Assembly: GCA_964620885.1 (NCBI GenBank)
Contig: CAZUKR010000002.1
Coordinates: 3,621-67,620 of the forward strand
Source of the DNA: an uncultured Eubacterium sp.
GTDB taxonomy: Bacteria > Bacillota > Clostridia > Lachnospirales > Lachnospiraceae
DNA: 64,000 bases
Direction: 5' to 3'
Below, one piece after another: positions 28,315-42,233 of the stretch; position 1 is the stretch's first letter, and every line of letters begins with the position of its first letter. The position numbers and the translations under genes were made by a program. Under the pieces are notes generated by a model that made no database searches, was not told the origin of the DNA, and saw only the letters and a list, made by a program, of their open reading frames with translations.

Positions 28315-29530
28315 AATGAAAAAGATTTTTTCTAAACCTATAAACAAAATTGCTCTGCTGATTTTAATAGCATTGCCTGTTATTTCAAGCTTCCTGGCAA
28401 TAAGGGATGTTCACTACGTGGATGAAAATGGAAATACTACGATTGGGATTATGGCATCCAGTAACTTGAAAAATGCTAAAAATCAATGGGCAGGCTACCT
28501 TACCGAAGATGTACTTTCAAAAGTAGTCGAGGAAAATAAGGAAATTATCACTTCGGAAGAATACTTGTCTGAAAATGCAGAGGAAAATGAAAAGGCATAT
28601 TCAAAGACACAAGGCTTTTCCGATATAAAGCAAATGATGAATCTGGCCTTTAGCGGCTTCCAGGAATATGACTATTTTCGGGCGGACAGTGTTACGGCGC
28701 AAGAGGCCGGAACAATCTACGAAAGACGTATTGAAAATTTAAAGGAATGGTTGAATTCAGAGGAAATGAAGGATAACTATTCAGAGAAAGAAAAGCAGTT
28801 TTTAGTGGGGCAATATGAAAAACTCGATACGCCTTTCTATTATGAATATGCAGAAGGTTGGAAGGCTCTGTTAGATTCTGCATATACTCCTACCATTATG
28901 CTGGTATTGGCAGTAATTATTGGTTTACTTGTATCTGGTATTTTTTCAGAGGAATTTCAGTTAAAGGCGGACTCTATTTTCTTTTCTACAAAGTTAGGAC
29001 GAGGTAAAGCAGTCCGTTCTAAAATGGCAGCAGGATTTCTAGTAGTGACTTTGCTCTACTGGTGTGTGATTCTTCTCTATTCAGCAATTATACTTGGGGT
29101 ATTAGGCTTTGGTGGTGGGAAGTGTCCGATTCAGACAGGGCTGGGCGCCTGGGATAGTTTTTATAACGTGACATATTTACAGCACTATCTTCTTACCATA
29201 GCCGGGGGATATTTAGGAAGTCTATTTATTGCTACCTTTTCTATGTTTGTATCTGCCAAAAGTCATTCAACAATATTAGCATTAACAATACCCTTTGTTC
29301 TATTGTGTGTTACTCCGTTTCTTGGAAGAATTCCAATATTATCACCCATATTAAAGTTTTTTCCAGACCAGCTTTTACAGATATGTGAGACCATTAAACA
29401 TCTCAACGTTTACCAGATAGGTGGAAAAGTCATGGGTGCAATACCAATTACGATTACTCTTTATATACTTCTGTACATTATTCTTTTACCGATATTACAT
29501 CGTGTATATAGAAAAGCACAGATAAAATAA
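28301..29530 (+). CDS. ABC transporter permease
   Basis: MLLFEMKKIF..., large extracellular loop, multiple TMs; start set at ATG 28301. Confidence 0.85.
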   Translation: MLLFEMKKIFSKPINKIALLILIALPVISSFLAIRDVHYVDENGNTTIGIMASSNLKNAKNQWAGYLTEDVLSKVVEENKEIITSEEYLSENAEENEKAYSKTQGFSDIKQMMNLAFSGFQEYDYFRADSVTAQEAGTIYERRIENLKEWLNSEEMKDNYSEKEKQFLVGQYEKLDTPFYYEYAEGWKALLDSAYTPTIMLVLAVIIGLLVSGIFSEEFQLKADSIFFSTKLGRGKAVRSKMAAGFLVVTLLYWCVILLYSAIILGVLGFGGGKCPIQTGLGAWDSFYNVTYLQHYLLTIAGGYLGSLFIATFSMFVSAKSHSTILALTIPFVLLCVTPFLGRIPILSPILKFFPDQLLQICETIKHLNVYQIGGKVMGAIPITITLYILLYIILLPILHRVYRKAQIK

Positions 29531-29566
29531 ATCCATTTGAAAGATTATTAGAAATAGAGGGAGATT

Positions 29567-29588
29567 GCTTCTTGTAGGGATTTTCATA
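29567..29588 (+). repeat. Direct repeat C, right copy (GCTTCTTGTAGGGATTTTCATA)
   Basis: 21/22 identical to 26017-26038. Confidence 0.85.
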
Positions 29589-29611
29589 TTTCTTAAAAAA
29601 ATTCATATATT
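29584..29611 (+). promoter_or_regulatory. Putative sigma-E (mother cell) promoter of cwlD
   Basis: TCATATT-13 bp-CATATATT resembles the SigE consensus; cwlD is sporulation-sigma controlled in Bacillus. Confidence 0.45.
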
Positions 29612-29638
29612 TTAATAATAGGATTCACAGGTGAATAT

Positions 29639-30346
29639 ATGAAGAAAAAACTGGAACTTGTCATGGCAATTATAGTAGTTGTGGGAGCCTATTTCTTAGC
29701 CAGAGAAGGTGTTCATATGGCAGAGAGCAAAAAGGCAAAAGAAGGAGAAATATGTATTGTTGTAGATGCAGGACATGGAGGGGCTGATCCGGGAAAAGTA
29801 GGAATTAATAAAGCGGAAGAAAAAGATATTAATTTAGCAATTGCCCAGTATCTGCAAAAATTGTTAGCGGCAGACGATATTGAAGTGGTAATGACCCGTA
29901 CCGATGAAAATGGATTATACAGTCAGGGGTCTAACAATAAAAAGGTAGAGGATATGCGTAACCGCTGCGAAATTATAGAAGAAGCAGATCCGGTATTTAC
30001 AGTCAGTATACATCAGAACAGTTACCCGGAGGAATATGTAAAAGGTGCCCAGGTATTTTATTATGGAGTATCTACAGACGGAAAAAAGCTTGCAGATACA
30101 TTGCAGGCAAATCTGATACAGCGGTTAGACCCGACGAATCATCGTGAGGCAAAAGCAAACGAAAGCTACTACCTGCTGAAAAAAACTTCATCGCCTACCG
30201 TTATTGTAGAATGTGGGTTTTTAAGCAACTCTGAAGAGGCATCTCTTCTTGTGACGGAAGAGTATCAGAAAAAGGTGGCAGAAGCCGTACATATGGGCAT
30301 ATTACAGTATCTGGATATAGATGAAAAAAGCACCGCAAAAGAATGA
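29639..30346 (+). CDS. cwlD: N-acetylmuramoyl-L-alanine amidase (CwlD-like, Amidase_3)
   Basis: VDAGHGGADPG, EKDINL, SIHQNS, GAQVFY, VIVECGFLSN. Confidence 0.8.
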   Translation: MKKKLELVMAIIVVVGAYFLAREGVHMAESKKAKEGEICIVVDAGHGGADPGKVGINKAEEKDINLAIAQYLQKLLAADDIEVVMTRTDENGLYSQGSNNKKVEDMRNRCEIIEEADPVFTVSIHQNSYPEEYVKGAQVFYYGVSTDGKKLADTLQANLIQRLDPTNHREAKANESYYLLKKTSSPTVIVECGFLSNSEEASLLVTEEYQKKVAEAVHMGILQYLDIDEKSTAKE

Positions 30347-30417
30347 AAATGAAATGGTTGCGAAAATTTAAGAACGTGGTATACTTAGAAAGATAATATT
30401 GAAAACAGGATAAAAAT

Positions 30418-31473
30418 ATGAAAACTGTAATAGAAAAGATTACGAATCTTATGTCCGGGGAAGACAAAAAAAAGATAGATAAAGCAGGATGCATTTTAAA
30501 AGATGGAGGACTGGTGGCATTTCCAACAGAAACCGTATATGGACTGGGGGCAGATGCCCTGAATCCGGAAGCATCCAAGAAAATATATGAGGCCAAAGGG
30601 CGTCCATCGGATAATCCTTTGATTGTACATATTTCTAATATGGATGCGCTTAAGGGGATTACGGATTGTGTACCGGAAAAGGCAAAAAGGCTGGCAGACA
30701 GGTTTTGGCCGGGTCCGTTGACGATGATTTTTCCCAAAAGCCCTCTGGTTCCACTGGAGACAACGGGAGGTCTTGATACTGTTGCAGTTCGGATGCCCCA
30801 GCATCCTATAGCACTGGCTCTGATTGAGAGGGGAGGCGGATATATTGCAGCCCCCAGTGCCAATACATCAGGGAAACCAAGTCCTACAAAGGCAGAACAC
30901 GTAGTTTTAGATATGGAAGGAAGAATTCCCCTGATTTTAGACGGCGGAGCAGTGGAAATTGGGATTGAATCCACAATAGTGGATTTTACGGGAGATGTCC
31001 CAATGATTCTGCGGCCGGGTTATATTACACCGGAAATGATTCGTGATGTAATCGGAGATGTAAAGATGGATCCGGGACTTGTAATTGAGAATCCGGAGAT
31101 TCATCCTAAAGCACCAGGGATGAAATATAAGCACTATGCGCCCAAAGCAGATTTAGTATTGGTAGATGGGACGCAGGAGAAGGTAATTAAAAAAATCAAT
31201 GAATTGGTCTGCGAAGCAGAAATGTCCGGGAAGAAGACGGGGGTTATCGGAACGGATGAAACATGCAGCCTGTATCGGGCAGGAATTGTAAAAAGTATTG
31301 GAAGCAGAATGAATGAAGATACCATTGCGCGTCATTTGTATGAAATTTTGCGTGAATTTGATGAGCTGAATGTGGATATGATATATTCAGAAAGTTTTTC
31401 CACGCCCAGAATAGGACAAGCAATTATGAACCGCATGTTAAAAGCCGCAGGACATCAAGTAATTGAAGTGTAG
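30418..31473 (+). CDS. tsaC: Threonylcarbamoyl-AMP synthase (Sua5/YwlC)
   Basis: AFPTETVYGLGA, KGRPSDNPLIVH, APSAN, C-terminal SUA5 domain (PGMKYKHYAP). Confidence 0.95.
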   Translation: MKTVIEKITNLMSGEDKKKIDKAGCILKDGGLVAFPTETVYGLGADALNPEASKKIYEAKGRPSDNPLIVHISNMDALKGITDCVPEKAKRLADRFWPGPLTMIFPKSPLVPLETTGGLDTVAVRMPQHPIALALIERGGGYIAAPSANTSGKPSPTKAEHVVLDMEGRIPLILDGGAVEIGIESTIVDFTGDVPMILRPGYITPEMIRDVIGDVKMDPGLVIENPEIHPKAPGMKYKHYAPKADLVLVDGTQEKVIKKINELVCEAEMSGKKTGVIGTDETCSLYRAGIVKSIGSRMNEDTIARHLYEILREFDELNVDMIYSESFSTPRIGQAIMNRMLKAAGHQVIEV

Positions 31474-31489
31474 AATGGAAGGAAGCAAA

Positions 31490-31951
31490 ATGAAAAAATA
31501 CAGAAAAATTGTTTTTGTATGCAACACTGGAAATGCGCGGGGACCGATGGCAGAAGCTATTATGAAAGAGTACATTCTGAAGTGCTCTGTGGAAATTGAA
31601 AGCAGAGGTCTTGTAGTGCTTTTTTCAGAACCGCTAAATCAGAAAGTAGAAGCTGTATTGATTAGTAATGGAATTAATCCTCAGAATCAGATGTCCAGAC
31701 AACTGGAACAGGAAGATCTGGAGCCGGAGAATCTGATTATTACAATGGAAGAACTCCAGAAGCAAAAAATACAGGAGACCTATGAACTGCCCGAAGGGAC
31801 AAAAATCGAGGTTTTGACACAGCTTACAGGGGACGAACTGGAAATTATAGATCCTTATGGCGGAACACTGCAGGCATATGGTTTGTGCTATGAAACATTG
31901 AATAAAACAATTAAAAAACTGGTAAATCTGATAAACGAAGGAGGAGCATAA
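31490..31951 (+). CDS. Low-molecular-weight phosphatase family protein (YwlE-like), atypical P-loop
   Basis: [15 protein letters not shown] (CX5R), SRGL, DPYGG; syntenic position. Confidence 0.8.
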   Translation: MKKYRKIVFVCNTGNARGPMAEAIMKEYILKCSVEIESRGLVVLFSEPLNQKVEAVLISNGINPQNQMSRQLEQEDLEPENLIITMEELQKQKIQETYELPEGTKIEVLTQLTGDELEIIDPYGGTLQAYGLCYETLNKTIKKLVNLINEGGA

Positions 31952-31952
31952 A

Positions 31953-32582
31953 ATGGCAAAAGTAACCGTAATGGATCACCCATTGATTCAGCACAAGATT
32001 GGGTGGATTAGAAGAACTTCTACGGGATCCAGAGATTTTCGTGATATGGTTAGTGAAATTGCAATGCTCATGTGTTATGAAGCAACCAGAGATTTGGAAT
32101 TGGCAGATATTGAAGTTGAAACACCCATCTGCACAACGATAGTAAAAGAATTAAAAGGAAAGAAGCTGGCAATTGTTCCGATTTTACGTGCAGGTCTGGG
32201 GATGGTTGATGGTATGCTGTCGATGATTCCGGCAGCCAAGGTAGGACATATCGGACTTTATCGTGATCCCGAAACATTGCAGCCGGTAGAATACTATTGT
32301 AAGCTTCCGGAAGACTGCTCCGAAAGAGAAGTGTTTGTAGTAGACCCTATGCTGGCAACTGGAGGTTCTTCCGTGGCAGCCATTCAAAGACTGAAGGATA
32401 AAGGGGTAAAAAATATACGTTTTATGTGTATTATAGCGGCTCCGGAAGGTGTGCAGCTTATGAAAGAAGCCCATCCGGATGTAGATATTTATATTGGTGT
32501 ATTAGATGAACATCTGAATGAACATGGATATATTGTTCCGGGACTTGGAGATGCCGGAGACCGTATATTTGGTACAAAATAG
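31953..32582 (+). CDS. upp: Uracil phosphoribosyltransferase
   Basis: [37 protein letters not shown]. Confidence 0.97.
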   Translation: MAKVTVMDHPLIQHKIGWIRRTSTGSRDFRDMVSEIAMLMCYEATRDLELADIEVETPICTTIVKELKGKKLAIVPILRAGLGMVDGMLSMIPAAKVGHIGLYRDPETLQPVEYYCKLPEDCSEREVFVVDPMLATGGSSVAAIQRLKDKGVKNIRFMCIIAAPEGVQLMKEAHPDVDIYIGVLDEHLNEHGYIVPGLGDAGDRIFGTK

Positions 32583-32600
32583 AAGTCGGGAGGTGAAGCA

Positions 32601-33086
32601 ATGAGTCAGAAACGCCAGGACTATATTTCATGGGATGAATATTTTATGGGGGTTGCTCTTCTCTCGGGAATGCGCTCCAAAGATCCCAGTACACAGGTAG
32701 GTGCTTGTATTGTAAGCCATGATAATAAGATTTTGTCTATGGGGTATAATGGATTTCCCATTGGATGCTCCGACGATGAGTTTCCCTGGGCAAGAGAAGG
32801 GGAGCCGTTGGAAAACAAATATGTTTATTCCACACATAGTGAATTGAATGCTATTTTAAATTATCGCGGAGGAAGCCTGGAAGGTGCTAAAATGTATGTA
32901 TCCCTTTTTCCCTGTAATGAATGTGCCAAGGCAATTATTCAGTCAGGAATTAGAACGGTGATATATGACAGTGACAAATATAAAGATACAGCGGCTGTTA
33001 TGGCATCTAAGCGGATGTTTCGGGCGGCTGGTGTGAATTTTTATCAGTACCCCAAATCGAACCGGGAAATAAAAATAACCGTATAA
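32601..33086 (+). CDS. dCMP deaminase (ComEB family)
   Basis: RSKDPSTQVGAC, HSELNA, PCNECAK. Confidence 0.92.
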   Translation: MSQKRQDYISWDEYFMGVALLSGMRSKDPSTQVGACIVSHDNKILSMGYNGFPIGCSDDEFPWAREGEPLENKYVYSTHSELNAILNYRGGSLEGAKMYVSLFPCNECAKAIIQSGIRTVIYDSDKYKDTAAVMASKRMFRAAGVNFYQYPKSNREIKITV

Positions 33087-33233
33087 TAATAATTAGTAAT
33101 GGAAAGAGTAACCAGTGGAAGAAATTGGTTACTCTTTTTTTTCGATTTTTCAACAAAAATGCAGGAGTGAATAGACATTTTGGAAAAAAATAGATATAAT
33201 AGAGAAATATAAATGCAGCGGGAGGTGTCACAT

Positions 33234-33482
33234 GTGAAATACAAAAAAAGCGTATATCAATCCTTGGTTCTAATTACGCAGTTTGGGATTAACATGCTGG
33301 TGCCTATTTTTTTGTGCTCAATGGCAGGTGTATACATTGGAAAACGATTTTCCATAGACTGGATTGTGATTCCCTTGTTTTTCATGGGAGCACTGGCAGG
33401 ATTCCGCAATATTTATATTATGTCAAAAAAGATTTATCAGCAGAAAGAAGAAAGGAAGCAGAACAGTGCTAAAAAGGATTAA
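33234..33482 (+). CDS. AtpZ/AtpI-family small membrane protein
   Basis: LITQFGINMLVPI...IGKRFS...GALAGFRN; GTG start after GGAGGT. Confidence 0.8.
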   Translation: MKYKKSVYQSLVLITQFGINMLVPIFLCSMAGVYIGKRFSIDWIVIPLFFMGALAGFRNIYIMSKKIYQQKEERKQNSAKKD

Positions 33483-33891
33483 TCCGGTATTGCCGGAGTT
33501 GATACTGGAACTTGTATTATATGGAATTGTAATACAGCTTGCCGGAGTCTGGTTCGTAGAGGACAGACTGCGCTACAGCACAGGGTTATGGATTGGAATT
33601 GCAGTAGCAGCCGGTATGGCAATTAATATGGCTGTGGTGATTTTGGATACCGTGGATAGTATGGCAGAGAAAAGGGCATCCAGAAAAAGTGCTGTGTTTG
33701 CAGTAGTGCGTTATTTCGTAGCAGCAGCAGCCATTGTAATTACAGGTGTTTTTAACCTGGGTAACCTGATTACCATGTTTATCGGCATAATGGGACTGAA
33801 GGTAGCAGCATACCTGCAGCCCTTTGCACATAAATTCCTCATGAGACACACGGAGAGAGAGGATGAATTGTCTACGGACAAGATGGGGTAA
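33466..33891 (+). CDS. atpI: ATP synthase protein I
   Basis: 4-TM protein directly upstream of atpB. Confidence 0.75.
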   Translation: MLKRINPVLPELILELVLYGIVIQLAGVWFVEDRLRYSTGLWIGIAVAAGMAINMAVVILDTVDSMAEKRASRKSAVFAVVRYFVAAAAIVITGVFNLGNLITMFIGIMGLKVAAYLQPFAHKFLMRHTEREDELSTDKMG

Positions 33892-33926
33892 TAATTAATA
33901 AGAAAAAAGTGTAAGGAGGTGAGAGA

Positions 33927-34661
33927 GTGCATAGTTCTATTTTGCTGTCAGCCGGCGCGGATATTGATATTATGGTTCACGGGCTGTTTTCCTATGAATT
34001 ATTTGGTCAGACCTTTTGGATTACAACGACCCATGTGTGTGTATTGATAGTTATGCTGGTATTGCTGGTATTTTCTATAGCTGCTAACAGAGCAATGAAA
34101 CATGCATCTGAAGTTCCAAGCGGATTTCAGAATGTGGTAGAGTTAATTGTAGAAATGCTGGACAAGATGGTTCATGGTGTTATGGGAAAAAAAGGAGAAC
34201 GATTTGCCAATTACATCAGCACGATATTTATGTTTATTCTGCTGAGTAATATTTCCGGTTTGTTTGGATTAAGACCTCCAACAGCAGACTATGGAGTGAC
34301 TCTACCACTGGCGTTGATCACATTTTGTATGATTAATTTTTGCCAGTTCAAGTACAGTTCGCTCAAGGAAATATGGGTAGATAAGTGTTCGCCGCTGCCA
34401 CCATGGCTGCCGCTTTGGCTTCCAATCAACCTGATTGGAGATTTTGCAGTTCCGGTTTCCCTGTCATTGCGTTTATTTGCTAACGTATTGTCAGGAACCA
34501 TTATTATGGCACTGATTTACGCACTGCTATCTAAATTTGCGTATTTCTGGCCAGGTGTACTGCACGTATATTTTGATATTTTTTCTGGAAGTATCCAGAC
34601 CTATGTATTCTGTATGCTGACAATGACTTATATCAGCAATGCAATGGGGGAAGAAGAATAA
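33927..34661 (+). CDS. atpB: F0 subunit a
   Basis: RPPTAD, SLSLRLFANV, IQTYVFCMLT. Confidence 0.95.
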   Translation: MHSSILLSAGADIDIMVHGLFSYELFGQTFWITTTHVCVLIVMLVLLVFSIAANRAMKHASEVPSGFQNVVELIVEMLDKMVHGVMGKKGERFANYISTIFMFILLSNISGLFGLRPPTADYGVTLPLALITFCMINFCQFKYSSLKEIWVDKCSPLPPWLPLWLPINLIGDFAVPVSLSLRLFANVLSGTIIMALIYALLSKFAYFWPGVLHVYFDIFSGSIQTYVFCMLTMTYISNAMGEEE

Positions 34662-34982
<321 letters not shown>

Positions 34983-35028
34983 GATGTAAGAGCAATTCCT
35001 ATAAAACAGGAGGAAAGGAGGACAAGCC

Positions 35029-35531
35029 TTGGAACAATTATTTGGCTTAAATCCCCAGCTTTTACATGACACCATACTTTTGGCACTGGCTGTACTGCTC
35101 TTATGTACGCTGATGTCTTATCTGCTGTTTAATCCGGCGCGTAAGATGTTAAAAGACAGACAGGAACGTATCAAAAATGATATTGGTATGGCCAATAAAG
35201 ACAGAAAAGATGCGTCTGCCTTAAAAGATGAGTATGATATAAAACTCAAAGGTGTGGAAAAGGAAGCAGAGGAAATTTTAAGTGAGGCCCGCCAGAAAGC
35301 TTTGAAAAACGAAACAAAGATTGTGGAGGAGGCCAAAGGAGAGGCAGCCCGTATTATAAAACGCGCGAAAGAAGAAGCAATATTAGAGAAAAAGCGTATT
35401 ATGGATGAGGCGAAGCAGGAAATCATTACGGTTGCATCCATGATGGCTGGAAAAGTAGTAGCGGCTTCCATTGATACATCCATACAGGATACACTGGTGG
35501 AAGAAACATTAAAGGAGATAGGTGAGAATAC

Positions 35532-35544
<13 letters not shown>
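35029..35544 (+). CDS. atpF: F0 subunit b
   Basis: N-terminal TM, charged coiled coil; operon position. Confidence 0.93.
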
Positions 35545-37600
<2,056 letters not shown>

Positions 37601-37618
37601 AACAGGTGGTGAAATATT

Positions 37619-38476
37619 ATGGCTTCTATGAGAGATATTAAGAGAAGAAAAGGCAGCATACAAAGTACGCAGCAAATCACAAAAGCTATGAAGCTTGTTT
37701 CTACGGTAAAACTGCAGAAGGCAAGGAATTATGCAGAGCAGTCGAATCCATATTTTAATCATATGTACAACACGGTAACCTCTATGCTGGCACGTTCCGG
37801 TAATATTACCCACCCCTTTTTAAAGGCGGGGAACTCCAGTAAGAAGGCAGTGATTACCATATCATCTAACCGTGGCCTTGCAGGAGGATATAGCTCCAAT
37901 ATTGTAAAGCTTATTACTGGCAGCGATATGAAGAAAGAGGATGTGCTGCTTTATGTGGTAGGACGTAAGGCAAAAGAGATTTTTGTACGAAAAGGTTATG
38001 AAATCAAAGCGGATTATTCAGATGTAATAGAAGGGCCGGTGTATGAAGATGCGGCCATGATTTGCCGTGAAATTCTGAAGGCATTTACAGATGGAGAAAT
38101 TGGAGAGATTTATCTGGCATATACTCATTTTAAAAATACGGTGAGTCATGAGCCAACTCTGATAAAGCTTCTTCCTGTAGAATTTAATGAAACAGAGATG
38201 GAAGAGACTGACCGCAGCGTGCTGATGAACTATGAACCCAATGAAGAAGAAGCACTTAATCTGATTATACCAAAGTATATGACAAGTCTGTTCTATGGGG
38301 CGCTGGTTGAATCTGTTGCCAGTGAAAATGGTGCCCGAATGCAGGCGATGGACTCCGCAACAAGCAATGCAGATGAAATAATTAGTGATTTGACACTGAA
38401 ATATAACCGTGCCCGCCAAAGTTCTATTACTCAGGAATTAACAGAGATTATTGCGGGTGCAGAAGCTATATCGTAA
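37619..38476 (+). CDS. atpG: F1 subunit gamma
   Basis: QQITKAMKLV, ENGARMQAM, RQSSITQELTEI. Confidence 0.97.
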   Translation: MASMRDIKRRKGSIQSTQQITKAMKLVSTVKLQKARNYAEQSNPYFNHMYNTVTSMLARSGNITHPFLKAGNSSKKAVITISSNRGLAGGYSSNIVKLITGSDMKKEDVLLYVVGRKAKEIFVRKGYEIKADYSDVIEGPVYEDAAMICREILKAFTDGEIGEIYLAYTHFKNTVSHEPTLIKLLPVEFNETEMEETDRSVLMNYEPNEEEALNLIIPKYMTSLFYGALVESVASENGARMQAMDSATSNADEIISDLTLKYNRARQSSITQELTEIIAGAEAIS

Positions 38477-38555
38477 GTGCTTGCACTGACGGTATAGCAT
38501 GGAATTGCAGTTAGTTCCAAGACCGAATCAGGTAAAAATGATAGATATAAGTTGA

Positions 38556-39968
<1,413 letters not shown>

Positions 39969-39978
39969 GGGGGAACAT

Positions 39979-40389
39979 ATGGCAGAAGAACACAAAATTT
40001 TCCAGTTAGAAATTATAACGCCTGACCGTGTTTTTTACGAAGGAGAAGCTTCTATGGTGGAATTTACATCTGTAAATGGAGAAATGGGAGTATATAAGAG
40101 CCATATTCCTCTTACTACCGTATTAGCCCCTGGAATCGTAACAATTACAGAGGCAGATGGAAAAAAAGAAGCGGCGATTCATGCAGGATTTGTTGAGGTT
40201 CTGCCAGAGAAGGTAACCTTTTTGGCAGAGATAGCAGAATGGCCGGAAGAAATTGATGTAGATCGTGCAGAGAAAGCCCGAAGCCGCGCTGAGGAACGAA
40301 TTCATAGCCATGCAACAGAAGTTGATGTGGCTCGTGCAGAAATTGCATTGAAAAAGGCATTGATTCGTATTGACATAAAAGGATTATAA
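39979..40389 (+). CDS. atpC: F1 subunit epsilon
   Basis: LEIITPDRVF, GFVEV, IDVDRAEKA. Confidence 0.95.
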   Translation: MAEEHKIFQLEIITPDRVFYEGEASMVEFTSVNGEMGVYKSHIPLTTVLAPGIVTITEADGKKEAAIHAGFVEVLPEKVTFLAEIAEWPEEIDVDRAEKARSRAEERIHSHATEVDVARAEIALKKALIRIDIKGL

Positions 40390-40396
40390 GATTTGA

Positions 40397-40427
40397 AAGA
40401 CTCTATCATGTGATGTGATAGGGTCTT
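40397..40427 (+). terminator. Terminator of the atp operon
   Basis: AAGACTCTATCA / TGATAGGGTCTT stem. Confidence 0.8.
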
Positions 40428-40880
40428 ATTTTATAGGAAAATTTCATTACCTTGAAATATAAAAGTAATGTGAATTCCTATAAAATAAGACGGCTCCGCA
40501 TGGGATGCACACGCGCGCCCAAGGAAGAGTGTCGCAAAAGCGACGGCGCGCGGCGCAGCAAAGTGGCTTCTCCGTCAAGGATAGTGGAAAGTGTAGCGTA
40601 GAGTGTCGAAGGCGCTTTGATTTTAAATTATAGGAAAATTTCTTATATAAAATAAGACGCTCCGCATGGGATGCACACGCGCGCCCGGGGAAGAGAGTCG
40701 CAAAAGCGACAGCGCGCGGCGCAGCAAAGTGGCTTTTCCTTCAAGGATAGTGGAAAGTGTGGAGTAGAGTGTCAAAGACACTTTGATTTTAAATTATATG
40801 AATTCCTATAAAATAAGACGCTCCGCATGGGATGCACACGCGCGCCTAGGGAGGAGTGTCGCAAAAGCGACAGCACTTTG
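40423..40880. repeat. Repeat family A tandem array: two full GC-rich units and one truncated unit, period about 160-166 bp
   Basis: Units start at TATAAAATAAGAC 40480, 40646 and 40807; preceded by a perfect 17-bp inverted repeat 40423-40439 / 40475-40491. Confidence 0.92.
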
Positions 40881-41003
40881 CGTAAAATATCATGGACAAA
40901 ATAAGGCGGTTGCAATATAATAGCATGGGCAGAAAGAGGAAATAGTTCATTATAGTAGTGTGCAGAGGTAAAAGTCTATGTTTTCATGATATAACGGAGG
41001 AAT

Positions 41004-41417
41004 GTGAAAATGAAAAAGAAAAAAATTATAATAGTAACACTAGTGGTTTTAGTAATTTTATTTTTTGTGGTAAGGGCAATTATTGGATTGTTTGCTTCTC
41101 AATATAATTCAAATGATATCAGTAATTATCCAAACATTACCATAGACAGAGGCAGTGAAAAGCAGTATGTCTGCGATTCTTCCGGATATAAGGTCTATAC
41201 GATTGAGTTGAGTGAAGTATATTTTAAAACGAAAGATGCTGAAACAATAGAGCTGTATGATGCATTAACAACGGGAAAAATAACGATTGAAGATATGACT
41301 AATGTATGTAAGCAACAGAAAAGAAGTGATGATATTAAGGTATATACAGGGGAAAATTATCAAATCATTTTTGAAGGGGATCAATGCCTAATAGCTCCGC
41401 TGGATTACCAAATATAA
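41004..41417 (+). CDS. Hypothetical membrane-anchored protein
   Basis: GGAGG RBS, basic N-terminus plus TM, no recognised motif. Confidence 0.7.
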   Translation: MKMKKKKIIIVTLVVLVILFFVVRAIIGLFASQYNSNDISNYPNITIDRGSEKQYVCDSSGYKVYTIELSEVYFKTKDAETIELYDALTTGKITIEDMTNVCKQQKRSDDIKVYTGENYQIIFEGDQCLIAPLDYQI

Positions 41418-41462
41418 TTTAAGCGGTTATGGGTACACAAGGATGGATAAAGGGGAGAACAG

Positions 41463-42233
41463 ATGAAAAAAAATAATACAATATTATTTTTACTTTTCTA
41501 TATACTAATATTTGTCATTATAAATTACATACCCCCAAGCTTGTATAATGAAACACCCTACTATATTATCGCATTGCTTCCGGTATGTCTTATACTCGCC
41601 ATTTTGTCTCAATATAAACTGATTTTATATAATAATAAATATGGAAAAGTTTGGAAATATGTGTACTTGAAGTCAGCCCTCCTATTCATAGCACAGTTAG
41701 GTGTAATTTTTGAAAAGCAAAAGTTTCAAACTATGAATTTGGAAGTTATGAATACAGTATATATTTTTCTATTTATTCTTAGTGGGCTAGTGGAATACCG
41801 TATGAATTGGTTGTTGAATACATTGCAATTTTCTCTTAAGCATGAGTGCAGTATGGTAAAGCAGGTGCAGGAAACGTTTGAAACAGGTAAATACAGAAAA
41901 ATAGAGCAAAAGTTTAGTATTTTAGGAGTTGTTTTCTTTTTGTTGGGAATATTTCATTTGAATTGGAAAGGGTTTTATATCTGTGCTATGTTTTTAGTAG
42001 GTATATCCTATATGGTATTTAGCGATTATATAAAACACACGTGTTCATTTGGGGTAAATAAACGTAAACTGGCATGGAGCTGCTATGCTAATTATATGGG
42101 CAGTATTTTAGTAACAATGATTTTGTATGAAAAATTACATGTAATTACCATCTTTATATGTTTATATTCAGGTTTTGTGGCAAAATATTATTGGAATTGC
42201 AGGATTAAAAGAACGCTGTATTATCAGCTATGA
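41463..42233 (+). CDS. Hypothetical polytopic membrane protein
   Basis: About 7-8 hydrophobic segments, AT-rich. Confidence 0.7.
   Translation: MKKNNTILFLLFYILIFVIINYIPPSLYNETPYYIIALLPVCLILAILSQYKLILYNNKYGKVWKYVYLKSALLFIAQLGVIFEKQKFQTMNLEVMNTVYIFLFILSGLVEYRMNWLLNTLQFSLKHECSMVKQVQETFETGKYRKIEQKFSILGVVFFLLGIFHLNWKGFYICAMFLVGISYMVFSDYIKHTCSFGVNKRKLAWSCYANYMGSILVTMILYEKLHVITIFICLYSGFVAKYYWNCRIKRTLYYQL

Noticed and set aside
40423-40880. CRISPR array interpretation of the tandem repeats
   Set aside because: Units are about 160 bp, internally structured, lack unique spacers, and no cas genes are present
40480-40880. RacA-binding (ram-like) sites as an explanation for the GC-rich repeats
   Set aside because: Motifs are not the short perfect palindromes expected, and the unit has much longer RNA-like structure
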